Assembly: GCA_958431155.1 (NCBI GenBank)
Contig: OY288106.1
Location: 717,161 to 781,160 of the forward strand
DNA: 64,000 bases
Direction of reading: 5' to 3'
DNA from: an uncultured candidatus Porisulfidus sp.
Lineage (GTDB): Bacteria > Pseudomonadota > Gammaproteobacteria > Poriferisulfidales > Poriferisulfidaceae
The position numbers and the translations under genes were made by a program. Of the stretch, positions 30,047 to 40,114 are shown one piece after another. Under the pieces are notes generated by a model. That model saw only the letters and a list, made by a program, of their open reading frames with translations, was not told where the DNA came from and searched no databases. Position 1 is the first letter of the stretch; every line of letters begins with the position of its first letter.

Positions 30047-33000
30047 CTATTGCTTCGATTCTGATTCGGAATCCGTAACTTCTTCAATAATCGGATCTGA
30101 CCAAGGACCGGTCACCCGGTAGGTGACTGCCGTCGCATCGTCGATGCCGAGGCCCAACCACTCCAGCACCTTGGTGCCGAGATACGCTCCAGCGATTCCG
30201 ATCGGCCCCCCAACGGCACCGATCGCCGGTATCAACACACTGGTTTCGGGCGTCGCCACCACGACCAAATCATAGTCCTCGTCCTCCACCCCGATGCGGC
30301 CGACTATCAGAAACTGTGCTGACGGCCCGATGATGCGGAATTCACTGGTGTTCAGGTTGCCTTGCAGGAAGTCAAATTTCCCCTCCGCGGTCTGATAGGT
30401 GAACCCACCGCGGACCACGTCGTCAAAATCGAGCGACAAACGCTCGAAAATCATTTCGAGATTCAGCAAGGCCAGAATGCGCGCGAATTCCGGCGCCACG
30501 TTGCGAATGCGTCCATCCTTTCCTTTTATGTCGATGTATCCCTGAAGATGTTTGAACTCGTAATCATGGGGGGCTCCAGCCCATTGCAGAGCCATGTCCA
30601 TATCGATCACCCCCTTGCGCAGAGGGTTCTTGACTGACCAGTGGTTCAGAGTCTTGTGCAGGTCTTCCGTATGTGCCGTACCCCGCAACAGGGTGAGATG
30701 CTTGCCTTTTTCCAGCGACCAGTATCCTCCCAGGTCCATATTGAACTTGTGGGATTTCGCCTGCAATCTGTCGATGTTGGCTCGCCGGTCGCCGGGAGAT
30801 GTCTCGAGCGTCGCATCATGCAACTCATAAGGCCCGATGTGTAGCAGTTTGAACTTCAAATCCAGAGGCGGGAGGTTCTGAGGATCGTAGTCCGTTCCCT
30901 CCACATCCGCCATGGTCTCCAGCTGTTCTGCAGAAACACGCAGCCATTCGAAGGCCCCTCTTGCCGGTTTCCCTTCCCCTTCGGGCAAGTCGACCATGCC
31001 GCGGATGGCCGGTGCATCAATGGCAAATTGATCACTTTCTTCAGTGAATCGCGCCGACACTTTCGCATCGCTCACCTCCAGACTGAACACCTTCAGGCGG
31101 CCCAGTTTCAGGCTTGAGATTTCTGGCCACAGGCCCCCTTGCCCGGCACGCCGTTCTTTCCAGTCGGCCCAATCCTGCAGGCTGGTCTCCGGCAAGCTTC
31201 CCGTCAACCTTAATTTGGAATCCGAGGGAGCAGGCGGCATTTTCGAACCCAGATTAATCGTTCCGCTCGCCGCGCCGTCGGGAGTCATCCTGATGCGTGC
31301 ACGCGCCTGCTCTGCATATTTGATCGCAAGATCCACCTGTCCATTGAATTCAATGTCCGCCTTCACTTCGAGAGGCTGCTCGCTTTTCTTTGGTTTGTTC
31401 AGGGGCTTCGGCAAATCAACCTCGACCCCCCGAAAATCGCTGCTGCCGAATATGGTCAGGTGTTTCCGTTGGGATTTCTCCGTCACCCCAGGCAGCAACA
31501 GCACGAGGTTCCAGGCAGAATGCCCCTTGAGCCAGGAAAATGTCGGGCGAATTTCCTGCGGCATGTAATCCTTCAACGATGCGGAGGCCTGCATTTTGAT
31601 CTGGAGATCTCCTGATTTGGCCGTCTCCAGCCCGATGCGGGCGGGACGGCCCATGAATTGGGCATCCAGCGAAGCCGTCAGTGCCTCATTCTGGTATCGC
31701 ATCTCCCCTTTGATTTTGTCCAGGTAAGAATCATTGGCCAAGATGTCCAGCCGGTTGCCGTGGAGGTTCAAGATGCCCTTCGCCGAGGTTTCGTGAGCCA
31801 AGCGGCCATCAAGTGGGATATTCAGCTGGAGATCGAGCGTTGAATCCCCTCTGAACTTGAGCGTCCGGTTGAATGTCGGAGCCATCCATTCGACCATCTC
31901 AAGAAACTCCGGCACATCGCTCACCGGGCCATTCACCACGCTGCTTGAATACAAATCCATCAGGCTCAAGTCGTCTATCCGCAGTGCTCCATGACTCATG
32001 GTCGATCCCTTGATTTTTGCCTTGTGAACAATGACATGCAGTGACTCCTTGTCAAGGAATACCTCCCCGTTCATGTCCTCAAACATCGGCAATCCCGGCT
32101 CGTAATCCACGTCAACCTCATATAACCGGCCATCCAGGGTCAACTCCGATCCGGCGGCCGCAAACATTTCGTTCGACAGCGGCCCGCCCAAACGCAAACG
32201 TGCGCCACTCAGGCGCCCCGCCTTGAACGCTGACCGTACCCATCGATCATCTGCCTCCAACAGCAGATCGGGGGGGACCCATTGCGACACGGTGGGCAAG
32301 TCCGCGTTCTCAATCCCAATGTCCGCATAAAGCCAACGCGGTTCGCCAGCGCCCATCGAGATGTCGCCTCGGAGCCTAAACGCAGGATTCGACATCTGGA
32401 GATTCGCCAACTTGAATGCACAGCAATCTTCCGTCGGCCACCAATCCAGTTGGAATTTCGTCAAGCCAGGGCGAAAGGCATCCAAGCTCCACGGTGCATA
32501 GGAAACTGCCAGGTTTTCCGAATCCAGGCTGAGGCGAATGCCTTGTTCAGAACCGTTCACCGTGCCATCAAGACCGGTCAGAAGAAAATCCCCTTCCGGC
32601 ATTGAAATCTCGAGCCCCTCCATCCCCGCATGGATGCGGTAGCGTAGCGGGCTCCGCCAGTGGATCTCCCCGCTTGACCGGGAAAGCATCCCGGATCTGA
32701 TGCTGCCGGGAAGAAAATCCTCCATCCGGTATCCGACCACCTCTGCAACCCGCCTTGCGAGCGTGATGTCCAGCGAGGTCAGATAGCCGCGAGTAAACTC
32801 CTCGCCATGTTCGACGTACACCCCATCCGCGACCGCATGCTGGTCCAGCTTCAACTGTTCCAGCGCAACCGCGTATCCTTCTTCCAGGGTCCGCCATTTG
32901 AGCGCGGCCGTCATTTTTTCCCAATCCGCATTCTCCGCACGCGGCTGCTCCAATTCGACCCACACTCCCGCCAACTGCGGCACCTGAGTCTCCCAGACCA

Positions 33001-33748
33001 ACTGGGCTTCAGCCCGCATGTGCAAACTTGCCGGCAATCGCTCCGCCAATGACCGCGCATCGTCCGGGAGCCAAGGCATCAACTGCGCCAACCGCACGCG
33101 TTCGACCCGGAGCACCCCATTCCCCGAATGCATGGGACTGAACTCCGCCTGCAACTCGAAACCGAATTCGCCCGATCTCTCGACTTGATTGCGCGCCAGC
33201 ACCTCGATCCCCCATAGGCCGGTCGCCATGTCCATGTCCACTTCTCCCAGATCCAACTGGGTGCCGGTTTTCTGGTCGTGCAGTACGGTAGCCATCCCCC
33301 GCAAGCGGACATCGTCGACAGGCAGATCCAGACCCGGTCCAAGTTGTCCCACGGACATGCCTTCCAATCCCCAGCCCCCATCTTCCAGGCGCTGCAGTCG
33401 AATCGTGCCGCCAGTCACGGAAATACGTTCCGGAATCAGGGACAGGGAAAACAGGCTTTTGAGCAAATCAAGGTTGAACGCCACTTGGCCGAAGCGGTGT
33501 ACGGTCTCCGTACCTTCGAATTTCAATGTCACGTCGTCCAGAATGATGGCAGGATAGACTCCCCGCCACTCGCTCACGGCCTGCCCGATCTCCATTCGCA
33601 CCTCGAAGGCCTCGGAGGCCCAGCGACTCAGAAGAGGGTGGACATCGTCCAACGTCAGCAAAACGACACGCAATGAGGTCGAGATTAATGCCAGCGCCGC
33701 CAGGATCGACACGAGCGCCAGGCCCAAGTAGCTGCCGAGTTTCTTCAT
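30047..33748 (-). CDS. yhdP: YhdP/AsmA-like family inner-membrane protein
   Basis: About 1230 aa with an N-terminal TM then a long beta-rich periplasmic protein. Synteny with maf as in E. coli maf-rng-yhdP. Alternative upstream start at 33808. Confidence 0.7.
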   Translation of the reverse strand: MKKLGSYLGLALVSILAALALISTSLRVVLLTLDDVHPLLSRWASEAFEVRMEIGQAVSEWRGVYPAIILDDVTLKFEGTETVHRFGQVAFNLDLLKSLFSLSLIPERISVTGGTIRLQRLEDGGWGLEGMSVGQLGPGLDLPVDDVRLRGMATVLHDQKTGTQLDLGEVDMDMATGLWGIEVLARNQVERSGEFGFELQAEFSPMHSGNGVLRVERVRLAQLMPWLPDDARSLAERLPASLHMRAEAQLVWETQVPQLAGVWVELEQPRAENADWEKMTAALKWRTLEEGYAVALEQLKLDQHAVADGVYVEHGEEFTRGYLTSLDITLARRVAEVVGYRMEDFLPGSIRSGMLSRSSGEIHWRSPLRYRIHAGMEGLEISMPEGDFLLTGLDGTVNGSEQGIRLSLDSENLAVSYAPWSLDAFRPGLTKFQLDWWPTEDCCAFKLANLQMSNPAFRLRGDISMGAGEPRWLYADIGIENADLPTVSQWVPPDLLLEADDRWVRSAFKAGRLSGARLRLGGPLSNEMFAAAGSELTLDGRLYEVDVDYEPGLPMFEDMNGEVFLDKESLHVIVHKAKIKGSTMSHGALRIDDLSLMDLYSSSVVNGPVSDVPEFLEMVEWMAPTFNRTLKFRGDSTLDLQLNIPLDGRLAHETSAKGILNLHGNRLDILANDSYLDKIKGEMRYQNEALTASLDAQFMGRPARIGLETAKSGDLQIKMQASASLKDYMPQEIRPTFSWLKGHSAWNLVLLLPGVTEKSQRKHLTIFGSSDFRGVEVDLPKPLNKPKKSEQPLEVKADIEFNGQVDLAIKYAEQARARIRMTPDGAASGTINLGSKMPPAPSDSKLRLTGSLPETSLQDWADWKERRAGQGGLWPEISSLKLGRLKVFSLEVSDAKVSARFTEESDQFAIDAPAIRGMVDLPEGEGKPARGAFEWLRVSAEQLETMADVEGTDYDPQNLPPLDLKFKLLHIGPYELHDATLETSPGDRRANIDRLQAKSHKFNMDLGGYWSLEKGKHLTLLRGTAHTEDLHKTLNHWSVKNPLRKGVIDMDMALQWAGAPHDYEFKHLQGYIDIKGKDGRIRNVAPEFARILALLNLEMIFERLSLDFDDVVRGGFTYQTAEGKFDFLQGNLNTSEFRIIGPSAQFLIVGRIGVEDEDYDLVVVATPETSVLIPAIGAVGGPIGIAGAYLGTKVLEWLGLGIDDATAVTYRVTGPWSDPIIEEVTDSESESKQ

Positions 33749-33880
33749 CAGCCTAGGGTGGAGGGGATCGGGTGATGTGGTGTGCGGAGTTGATTCTATG
33801 GCGCGCACGAATATACGGCGGCCAATGAGAGTCGATATTGTAAGAGGGAACGTTGAATTGGCACAAGGAACGAAACGAAA

Positions 33881-34471
33881 TCATTGTGGCGGTGTCTCTT
33901 CAAGATTTTGAAGAATGCCGAATCCGGACAATACCGAACAGGTTTCATCCAAAGGCAGCCCGACCACGTTGGTGTAACTGCCGCGGACTTCCCGCACCTG
34001 GCTCCCTGCCCGGCCCTGAATCGCGTAGCCTCCCGCTTTGTCTTTCGGTTCCCCACTCGCCCAATACGCCTCGATCCATGCCGGCGACAAATCTCCAAAT
34101 ACAACTGTCGTTACGCAATGAAAAACCTTCTCATGGTCTTCCGACATTACGCAAACACCACTGACCACTTCGTGGGAAGCACCACTGAATTCCCTCATCA
34201 TCGACACGTAATCCTCGCGATCCCTGGGTTTGCCCCGAGGCTCACCCCGGCACAAAACCACGGTATCTGCCGCCAGCACCACAGCTCCCGGATGCTCTTG
34301 CAGGCAAGCCGCGGCCTTGTCATGCGCCAGCCGAATTACCAGCGTAATACCGTCTTCTCCCGGGTGAGGCGATTCGTCTATCGAGACCGGATGTGGTTCA
34401 AATTCCAGCCCGGCCACGCGAAGCAGGTCGGCCCGCCTCGGCGAAGCCGAAGCCAGAATCAGACGACTCAT
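33881..34471 (-). CDS. maf: Maf-like nucleoside triphosphate pyrophosphatase
   Basis: LILASASPRR N-terminus and Maf-family core. Confidence 0.88.
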   Translation of the reverse strand: MSRLILASASPRRADLLRVAGLEFEPHPVSIDESPHPGEDGITLVIRLAHDKAAACLQEHPGAVVLAADTVVLCRGEPRGKPRDREDYVSMMREFSGASHEVVSGVCVMSEDHEKVFHCVTTVVFGDLSPAWIEAYWASGEPKDKAGGYAIQGRAGSQVREVRGSYTNVVGLPLDETCSVLSGFGILQNLEETPPQ

Positions 34472-34815
34472 TGACCAGCGCTGGCGCGCACTTCAGCGGG
34501 CGGGACCGACCAAAGTTTCTCCAAAGCGTACAACTGGCGGGTTTCCGGCAGCATGACATGCACCACTACGTCCCCCACGTCCAGCAACACCCAGTCGCGA
34601 CTGCACTCTTCGGACACCCTGCCCATACGGGCATCGCGCACTCTCTCCACCACCCGGTCCGCGATGCTGCGCACATGCCGGTCCGAGCGTCCGCTTGCGA
34701 CAACCATATAGATTGCGATCGTCGTTTTATCTCGGACGTCCAGTACTACCGTTTCTTCGGCCTTCATGTCGTCCAACGCGTCAACCACCAGCTGCCTGAG
34801 CGCATCGGCCTCCAT
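34468..34815 (-). CDS. rsfS: ribosomal silencing factor RsfS
   Basis: 115 aa from the internal ATG. Iojap-like core VVLDVRDKTTIAIYMVVASGRSDRHV. Confidence 0.8.
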   Translation of the reverse strand: MEADALRQLVVDALDDMKAEETVVLDVRDKTTIAIYMVVASGRSDRHVRSIADRVVERVRDARMGRVSEECSRDWVLLDVGDVVVHVMLPETRQLYALEKLWSVPPAEVRASAGQ

Positions 34816-34844
34816 GCGGGAATCAGCCTCCGGCAGCATCCCAC

Positions 34845-35462
34845 TCAGTCGAAGTACAGACGATTGCGACGGATATAGGCCCACACGGAGCCTGGGACAG
34901 AATAACGCGGTGACGTTCCGGCACGGATGAGGTCGCGAACCTGAGTAGACGAGAAATCGTACAAAGTCCCTTGATGCAGGTAAATCCTACCATAGGGCGA
35001 TTGCTGCAGGGCCTCGGGATCCGAGGTGCAGCGCGAAGCCCACGAATCCGGCAGTGACGCTCCCAATTCACCGCCCGATCGCGCGATGGCGGCCACATGG
35101 CACAACTGGATCAATTCCTCCGCCCGATGCCAAGACGGCAGCCCCTCCAGTGAGTCTGCCCCGACCAGCAGGCACAGGGGGACCGGATCCTCGCTCTTCA
35201 GCGAACACAGCGTGTCGTAGGTGTAGGAGGGATCCGAACTCTTGAGCTCCCGATCATCCGCCACCAGTTTCACGCCGTCCGCCACCAGCCGCACCATGTT
35301 CCAGCGATGCTCCGCAGAGGCGTGCGGCACGGCGCGGTGCACCGGACGACCGCATGGAATCAAGCGGACCTCCGTCAGGCCCAGAATCGGCATCAATTCC
35401 AGCGCAGGCCGGTAGTGCCCAAAATGGATAGGATCGAATAGTCCGCCGAGAATGCCGCGCAT
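34845..35462 (-). CDS. nadD: nicotinate-nucleotide adenylyltransferase
   Basis: GGLFDPIHFGH (HxGH) motif. Confidence 0.85.
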   Translation of the reverse strand: MRGILGGLFDPIHFGHYRPALELMPILGLTEVRLIPCGRPVHRAVPHASAEHRWNMVRLVADGVKLVADDRELKSSDPSYTYDTLCSLKSEDPVPLCLLVGADSLEGLPSWHRAEELIQLCHVAAIARSGGELGASLPDSWASRCTSDPEALQQSPYGRIYLHQGTLYDFSSTQVRDLIRAGTSPRYSVPGSVWAYIRRNRLYFD

Positions 35463-35466
35463 TGGA

Positions 35467-37254
35467 TCAGAGCGACTCAATGTGCTGGATATTCAGCATG
35501 CACGACCGGTGGCCCTGGTATTCGTCCACGCCTAGTTCATACACCAGCCTGAACCGGGAGCTTTCCGGATTCCAGTCGAAGCGATCGTGAGAAAACGCCA
35601 TGGCCTTGACGCGGCGCTCCGGATGGCCCACCGGGTTGAGATGGAACCGAGTGTGCGCACCTTTGAAGGTCTTGCTTTCCTGAACCTCGAACTCGCCTTC
35701 AAACAGCGGTGGCAGGAAGTCCCGGCCCCAAGGGTGACCACGCACAGCGAACTCTGCATTCTCCAGCGTCAATTCTTCGCTGGCCAATTCACCGTCTGTC
35801 TCGATGGTCCGACTCGGCCGGCTGCCGCCCAGCGCCTTCGAGATCGCCTCTTCGAGCAGCCTCTGAAACCCCTCCAAGCCATCTTCCCGGAGGGTCAGCC
35901 CGACGGCCATCGCGTGACCCCCATAGCGTTGCATGAGGCCCGGTTCGGCCTGTTGGACATCGACCAGCGCGTCCCTGAGATTCAATCCCGAAACCGAACG
36001 CCCTGATCCTTTCAGAAGGTTGTCCTGGGTGCGGGCAAACACAATGGTCGGCAAGCCGTACTTCTCTTTGATGCGCGACGCAATGATCCCGACTACACCT
36101 TCATGCCAGTTGGGTCGATAGAGACACAGGCTCATTGTTTGCTCGGTCTCAAGCGACAACTGCTCAATCTCACGCAATGCTTCAGCATGCATCGACCCTT
36201 CCGCGTCGCGTCGCCGGGCATTGATTTGATCCAGTTGCTGGGCAAGATCGTGGGCCTCGACACGACCTTCCGCGAGAAGGCAGCGGATTCCGATCGCAAT
36301 GTCTTCCATTCTCCCGGCCGCATTGATGCGCGGCGCCACGGCGAAAGCCAGATCCGTGCTGCCGACCTGCCGGGGATCTCGCCTGCCGCAACGAAGGAGC
36401 GAAATAATACCGGGGGCACCCCGGCCTTGCCGGATGCACCGCAGTCCGTGCTCCACCAGAATCCGGTTATTCCGATCCAACGGCACCACGTCAGCGATCG
36501 TGCCCAGCGCCACCAAGTCCAGAAACTGGGCCATGTTCGGCATCTCAATGCCATTCCTGGCAAACCACCCTTCCCCCTCCAAACGTTGGCGCAAGGCCAG
36601 CATCACGTAGAACATCACTCCGACACCAGCGAGCGCCGTGCTTGCGAAACTGTCGGGCGGGCTGTTCGGATTGACGATGCAGTCGGCCTCCGGCAGATCG
36701 TCTCCCGGCAGGTGGTGATCGGTGATCAGCACCCGGATGCCGCGCTTGCGGGCCTCCGCAACCGCTGCCTGACTCGACATGCCGTTGTCGACCGTCACGA
36801 TCAGGGCGGGGTTGCGCTGTTCGACCTCCTCCATCAGTTCCGGGCAAAATCCGTAGCCATGCCGGAAGCGATCCGGCACCAGGTAATCCACATGCTTGTA
36901 GCCCATCGCATGCAAGCTGCGTACCGCGACGGCCACGCCCGTTGCGCCATCCGCATCGTAATCGCCCACCAGAAGGACTCGCCCGTCCTCGCGCATCACG
37001 GAATACAGCAATTCTGCGGCCTGGATGCAGGCCGGAAATTCGTTGACCGGATGCAATTGCCGCAATGACAGCTCGAGCTCGCTCGGATCAGTGATTCCGC
37101 GTTGGGCAAATACCCGCCTCTGCAACAGCGGCAGGATCCGAAGCGCATCCAGTGCCTCAGGAGATGCGCTCCTGCGGACGATTTTGGGCTGAGGTTTGGT
37201 GTTCAAAAAAACTCGTGCGGCTCCATGCGTGTCCTGTCTCAGAGCGCTTTCCAC
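35467..37254 (-). CDS. recJ: single-stranded-DNA-specific exonuclease RecJ
   Basis: DHH and DHHA1 motifs (VTDHH...), 595 aa. Confidence 0.9.
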   Translation of the reverse strand: MESALRQDTHGAARVFLNTKPQPKIVRRSASPEALDALRILPLLQRRVFAQRGITDPSELELSLRQLHPVNEFPACIQAAELLYSVMREDGRVLLVGDYDADGATGVAVAVRSLHAMGYKHVDYLVPDRFRHGYGFCPELMEEVEQRNPALIVTVDNGMSSQAAVAEARKRGIRVLITDHHLPGDDLPEADCIVNPNSPPDSFASTALAGVGVMFYVMLALRQRLEGEGWFARNGIEMPNMAQFLDLVALGTIADVVPLDRNNRILVEHGLRCIRQGRGAPGIISLLRCGRRDPRQVGSTDLAFAVAPRINAAGRMEDIAIGIRCLLAEGRVEAHDLAQQLDQINARRRDAEGSMHAEALREIEQLSLETEQTMSLCLYRPNWHEGVVGIIASRIKEKYGLPTIVFARTQDNLLKGSGRSVSGLNLRDALVDVQQAEPGLMQRYGGHAMAVGLTLREDGLEGFQRLLEEAISKALGGSRPSRTIETDGELASEELTLENAEFAVRGHPWGRDFLPPLFEGEFEVQESKTFKGAHTRFHLNPVGHPERRVKAMAFSHDRFDWNPESSRFRLVYELGVDEYQGHRSCMLNIQHIESL

Positions 37255-37355
37255 AGGACAGACCGCATGGTGGAATTTTACAGGATTCCTTTTCCTCCTT
37301 CTTTCTCTTACTCAAGTCGGCCTCCTTGCTAAAATTGCAACTCAGGCTCGTATTC

Positions 37356-38771
37356 ATGACCGAAAAAATCCTGTTTCTGACTGGGCGGCTTGCCGAACGG
37401 AGCCTGCACCACGTACTGGAATCCATGCAACCGACGGAATTCGACTACGAGGTTCGCCAAGTCGGCGCGAGCGTTGCCGCGCTGATGACCCCGAAACTGA
37501 TCCAGAAACGGCTTGAACTCCCGCCGGAAATCGACCGTATTCTCCTGCCCGGCCGGGTGCGCGGAGACCTGGAACCACTGGAAGCGCAATTCGGAGTGCC
37601 GGTCGAGCGCGGCCCTGATGAACTCAAGGATCTCCCTACTTATTTTGGCCGAGCCGCGATGGCCGAGGACCTGACCCGCTACGATGTCCGAATCTTCGCT
37701 GAAATCACCGAAGCACCCAATCTCAGTCTGGATGCCATCCTGGCCGAGGCCCGCCGCTATCAGAAAGACGGCGCCGACATCATCGATGTCGGTTGCCTGC
37801 CGGGAGTGGAGTTCCCGCATCTGACCGAAACCGTGCAGATGCTGAAACAGGAAGACTTCGTGGTGAGCGTCGATTCGCTGGAGACGCAGGACCTGATCAC
37901 CGGCGGACAGGCGGGGGCGGACTTCCTCCTGAGTTTGAGATCGGACACTCTATGGGTCGCCGACGAAGTCGAGTCCATCCCCGTGCTCATCGCCGACAAC
38001 AACACGGATCTCGACTCCCTATATTCCTGCATCGAACACTGCCTGGAGAAAGACCAGCCGTTTCTCGCCGACCCTATTCTCGATCCCATCCACTTCGGCT
38101 GCGCCGACTCGATTGCTCGCTATGTCGATCTTCGACGCCGTTATCCGGACATCCAGATCATGATGGGAATCGGCAACCTGACTGAGCTGACTCATGCGGA
38201 TACGGCCGGCATGAATGCCCTGCTGTTCGGCCTGATCTCCGAACTGAACATTCAGTATGCGCTGACCACCCAAGTCAGCGAGCACTGCCGAACCTCGCTG
38301 CGCGAAGCGGATCGCGCCCGTCGAATTATGCGGGCCGCGGCCGCGCACGGGATTCCCCCAAAAGGGATCGACGACCAGTTGATGATGTTGCACGAACGGC
38401 ATCCTTTCCCGTACAGCCCGGAGGAAATCGCCGAATTCGCTGCCCAAGTGAAAGACCCCAATTTCCGGATTCGGGTCGCCGAAGACGGCGTTCACCTGTA
38501 CAATCGGGACGGCGAATTGATTCATACGGACCCGCTTGACTTCTACCCGGACCTGGACCTGGACGACGATCCCGGGCACCTGTTCTACCTAGGCATCGAA
38601 CTGACACGAGCCCAGATCGCATGGCAGCTTGGCAAACGTTATGAGCAGGACGAGGAATTCCTGTGGGGCTGTGCCGTAACGGAATCTTTCAAGGACCTGT
38701 CGGCATTCAGGGAAGTCGGCCCTACCCGCCAAAAGCACAAGGATAAGATCAAACATAGGAAGTCGTCCTAA
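37356..38771 (+). CDS. dihydropteroate-synthase-like pterin-binding protein of H4MPT-type biosynthesis clusters
   Basis: DGADIIDVGC pterin-binding motif and an N-terminal DUF-like extension. ATG at 37356; the track start at 37152 is a spurious extension. Confidence 0.55.
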   Translation: MTEKILFLTGRLAERSLHHVLESMQPTEFDYEVRQVGASVAALMTPKLIQKRLELPPEIDRILLPGRVRGDLEPLEAQFGVPVERGPDELKDLPTYFGRAAMAEDLTRYDVRIFAEITEAPNLSLDAILAEARRYQKDGADIIDVGCLPGVEFPHLTETVQMLKQEDFVVSVDSLETQDLITGGQAGADFLLSLRSDTLWVADEVESIPVLIADNNTDLDSLYSCIEHCLEKDQPFLADPILDPIHFGCADSIARYVDLRRRYPDIQIMMGIGNLTELTHADTAGMNALLFGLISELNIQYALTTQVSEHCRTSLREADRARRIMRAAAAHGIPPKGIDDQLMMLHERHPFPYSPEEIAEFAAQVKDPNFRIRVAEDGVHLYNRDGELIHTDPLDFYPDLDLDDDPGHLFYLGIELTRAQIAWQLGKRYEQDEEFLWGCAVTESFKDLSAFREVGPTRQKHKDKIKHRKSS

Positions 38772-39346
38772 TGCCAAAAATCCTGGAAAGCATCGTGACG
38801 ACACGCGGTGCCGACGATCAGACGCACATTGCGCCGATGGGGGTGCATTGCCTTGACCGAAGACTGCTGCTCAAGCCGTTCCGGCCTTCGCAGACCTTGG
38901 AGAATCTGCAGCGGGAAGGTTGCGCGGTCGTGAATCGCCCGGATGATATCCGCGTCTATGCCGGGTGCCTGACCGGACGCTACGAGTGGCCTCTGACCAG
39001 CGCCGACATCATACCCTGCCAACGACTGGCAGATTGCCTGTCGCATGCGGAAGTGGAAGTGGAAAGTTTCGACGACGATCCTGTACGCCCTACCTTTACC
39101 TGCAAGATCGTTCATGAAGAGGCCCATGCCCCGTTCCAAGGCTACAACCGGGCACAAGCGGCTGTCATTGAGCTGGCCATTCTGGTCAGCCGATTGGGCC
39201 GACTAACGGATGAGAAAATCCGCAGTGAAATTGAGTATCTGGAAATCGCGATCGAGAAAACCGCTGGAGAAATCGAACTGGAAGCATGGGATTGGCTTAT
39301 GGAACGCGTCGACGAGCACTTAGCGCCTAAAGAGGCTGCATCATGA
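38771..39346 (+). CDS. DUF447 family protein (H4MPT-cluster associated)
   Basis: 191 aa; a conserved partner of the DHPS-like and DUF556 genes in methylotroph H4MPT clusters. Confidence 0.5.
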   Translation: MPKILESIVTTRGADDQTHIAPMGVHCLDRRLLLKPFRPSQTLENLQREGCAVVNRPDDIRVYAGCLTGRYEWPLTSADIIPCQRLADCLSHAEVEVESFDDDPVRPTFTCKIVHEEAHAPFQGYNRAQAAVIELAILVSRLGRLTDEKIRSEIEYLEIAIEKTAGEIELEAWDWLMERVDEHLAPKEAAS

Positions 39347-40089
39347 CCCGTATCCTTGGAAGTGTGCGCAACCCTCAGGAGGCAGAACTACTGCTCCAGA
39401 CCCCGGTCGCAATTCTGGACTTAAAGGATCCTGCCCGAGGAGCACTGGGAGCAGCAGACCCCTTGGCAGTCCGCCAAGTCGTAGACCAGGTCCAGGGCCG
39501 GCGTCACGTCAGCGCAGCGGCTGGTTCGGCAGATGACGGGGATGTGCTGGAGCAGGCCCGTCGATTGTCTCTGGAAGGCGTCGATTTCGTCAAGATCGGG
39601 TTTTCCCGCCTATCCCAGCAAGTCCTGCTGCCCGAATTCCGGGCAGCTATCATGGCCCCGGCCCAGGCTGTCGCGGTACTGTTTGCGGACAGTCCGGAAA
39701 TCGACCCGATGCAGTGGGTCGGGCCGGCCCGCATGGCGGGCTTTGCCGGTCTGATGCTGGACACCGCCGACAAGCATTCCGGGCCGCTGGACCGACACAT
39801 GGATTTGGCACAGGTGGCAGACTGGGTGCGAGTGACCAAAGAATCAGGACTGCTGTGCGGGCTGGCCGGCCGGTTGGATGCCGAATCCGCCCGGTGTTTC
39901 CTGTCCGCCCGTCCGGATTACCTAGGTTTTCGAAGCGCCTTGTGCAACCGTTCCGTCAGGACCGAGCCGATCTGCCTGGAGACGACTTTCAGGTTGCTCG
40001 AAGCTCTGCGTGAATCCAGTGCCGAATTGCCGGATCTGCCGCCTATGGGCGACATGCATTTCCCCTTGGCTCCTGGTCACGTACTGTAA
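39343..40089 (+). CDS. MfnB/DUF556-like protein ((5-formylfuran-3-yl)methyl phosphate synthase family)
   Basis: N-terminus ILGSVRNPQEAELLLQTPVAILDLKDPARGALGA resembles the MfnB/PF04476 N-terminus. Confidence 0.45.
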   Translation: MTRILGSVRNPQEAELLLQTPVAILDLKDPARGALGAADPLAVRQVVDQVQGRRHVSAAAGSADDGDVLEQARRLSLEGVDFVKIGFSRLSQQVLLPEFRAAIMAPAQAVAVLFADSPEIDPMQWVGPARMAGFAGLMLDTADKHSGPLDRHMDLAQVADWVRVTKESGLLCGLAGRLDAESARCFLSARPDYLGFRSALCNRSVRTEPICLETTFRLLEALRESSAELPDLPPMGDMHFPLAPGHVL

Positions 40090-40114
40090 GCCGTCCCGAT
40101 GAAGCTATTCCGGT

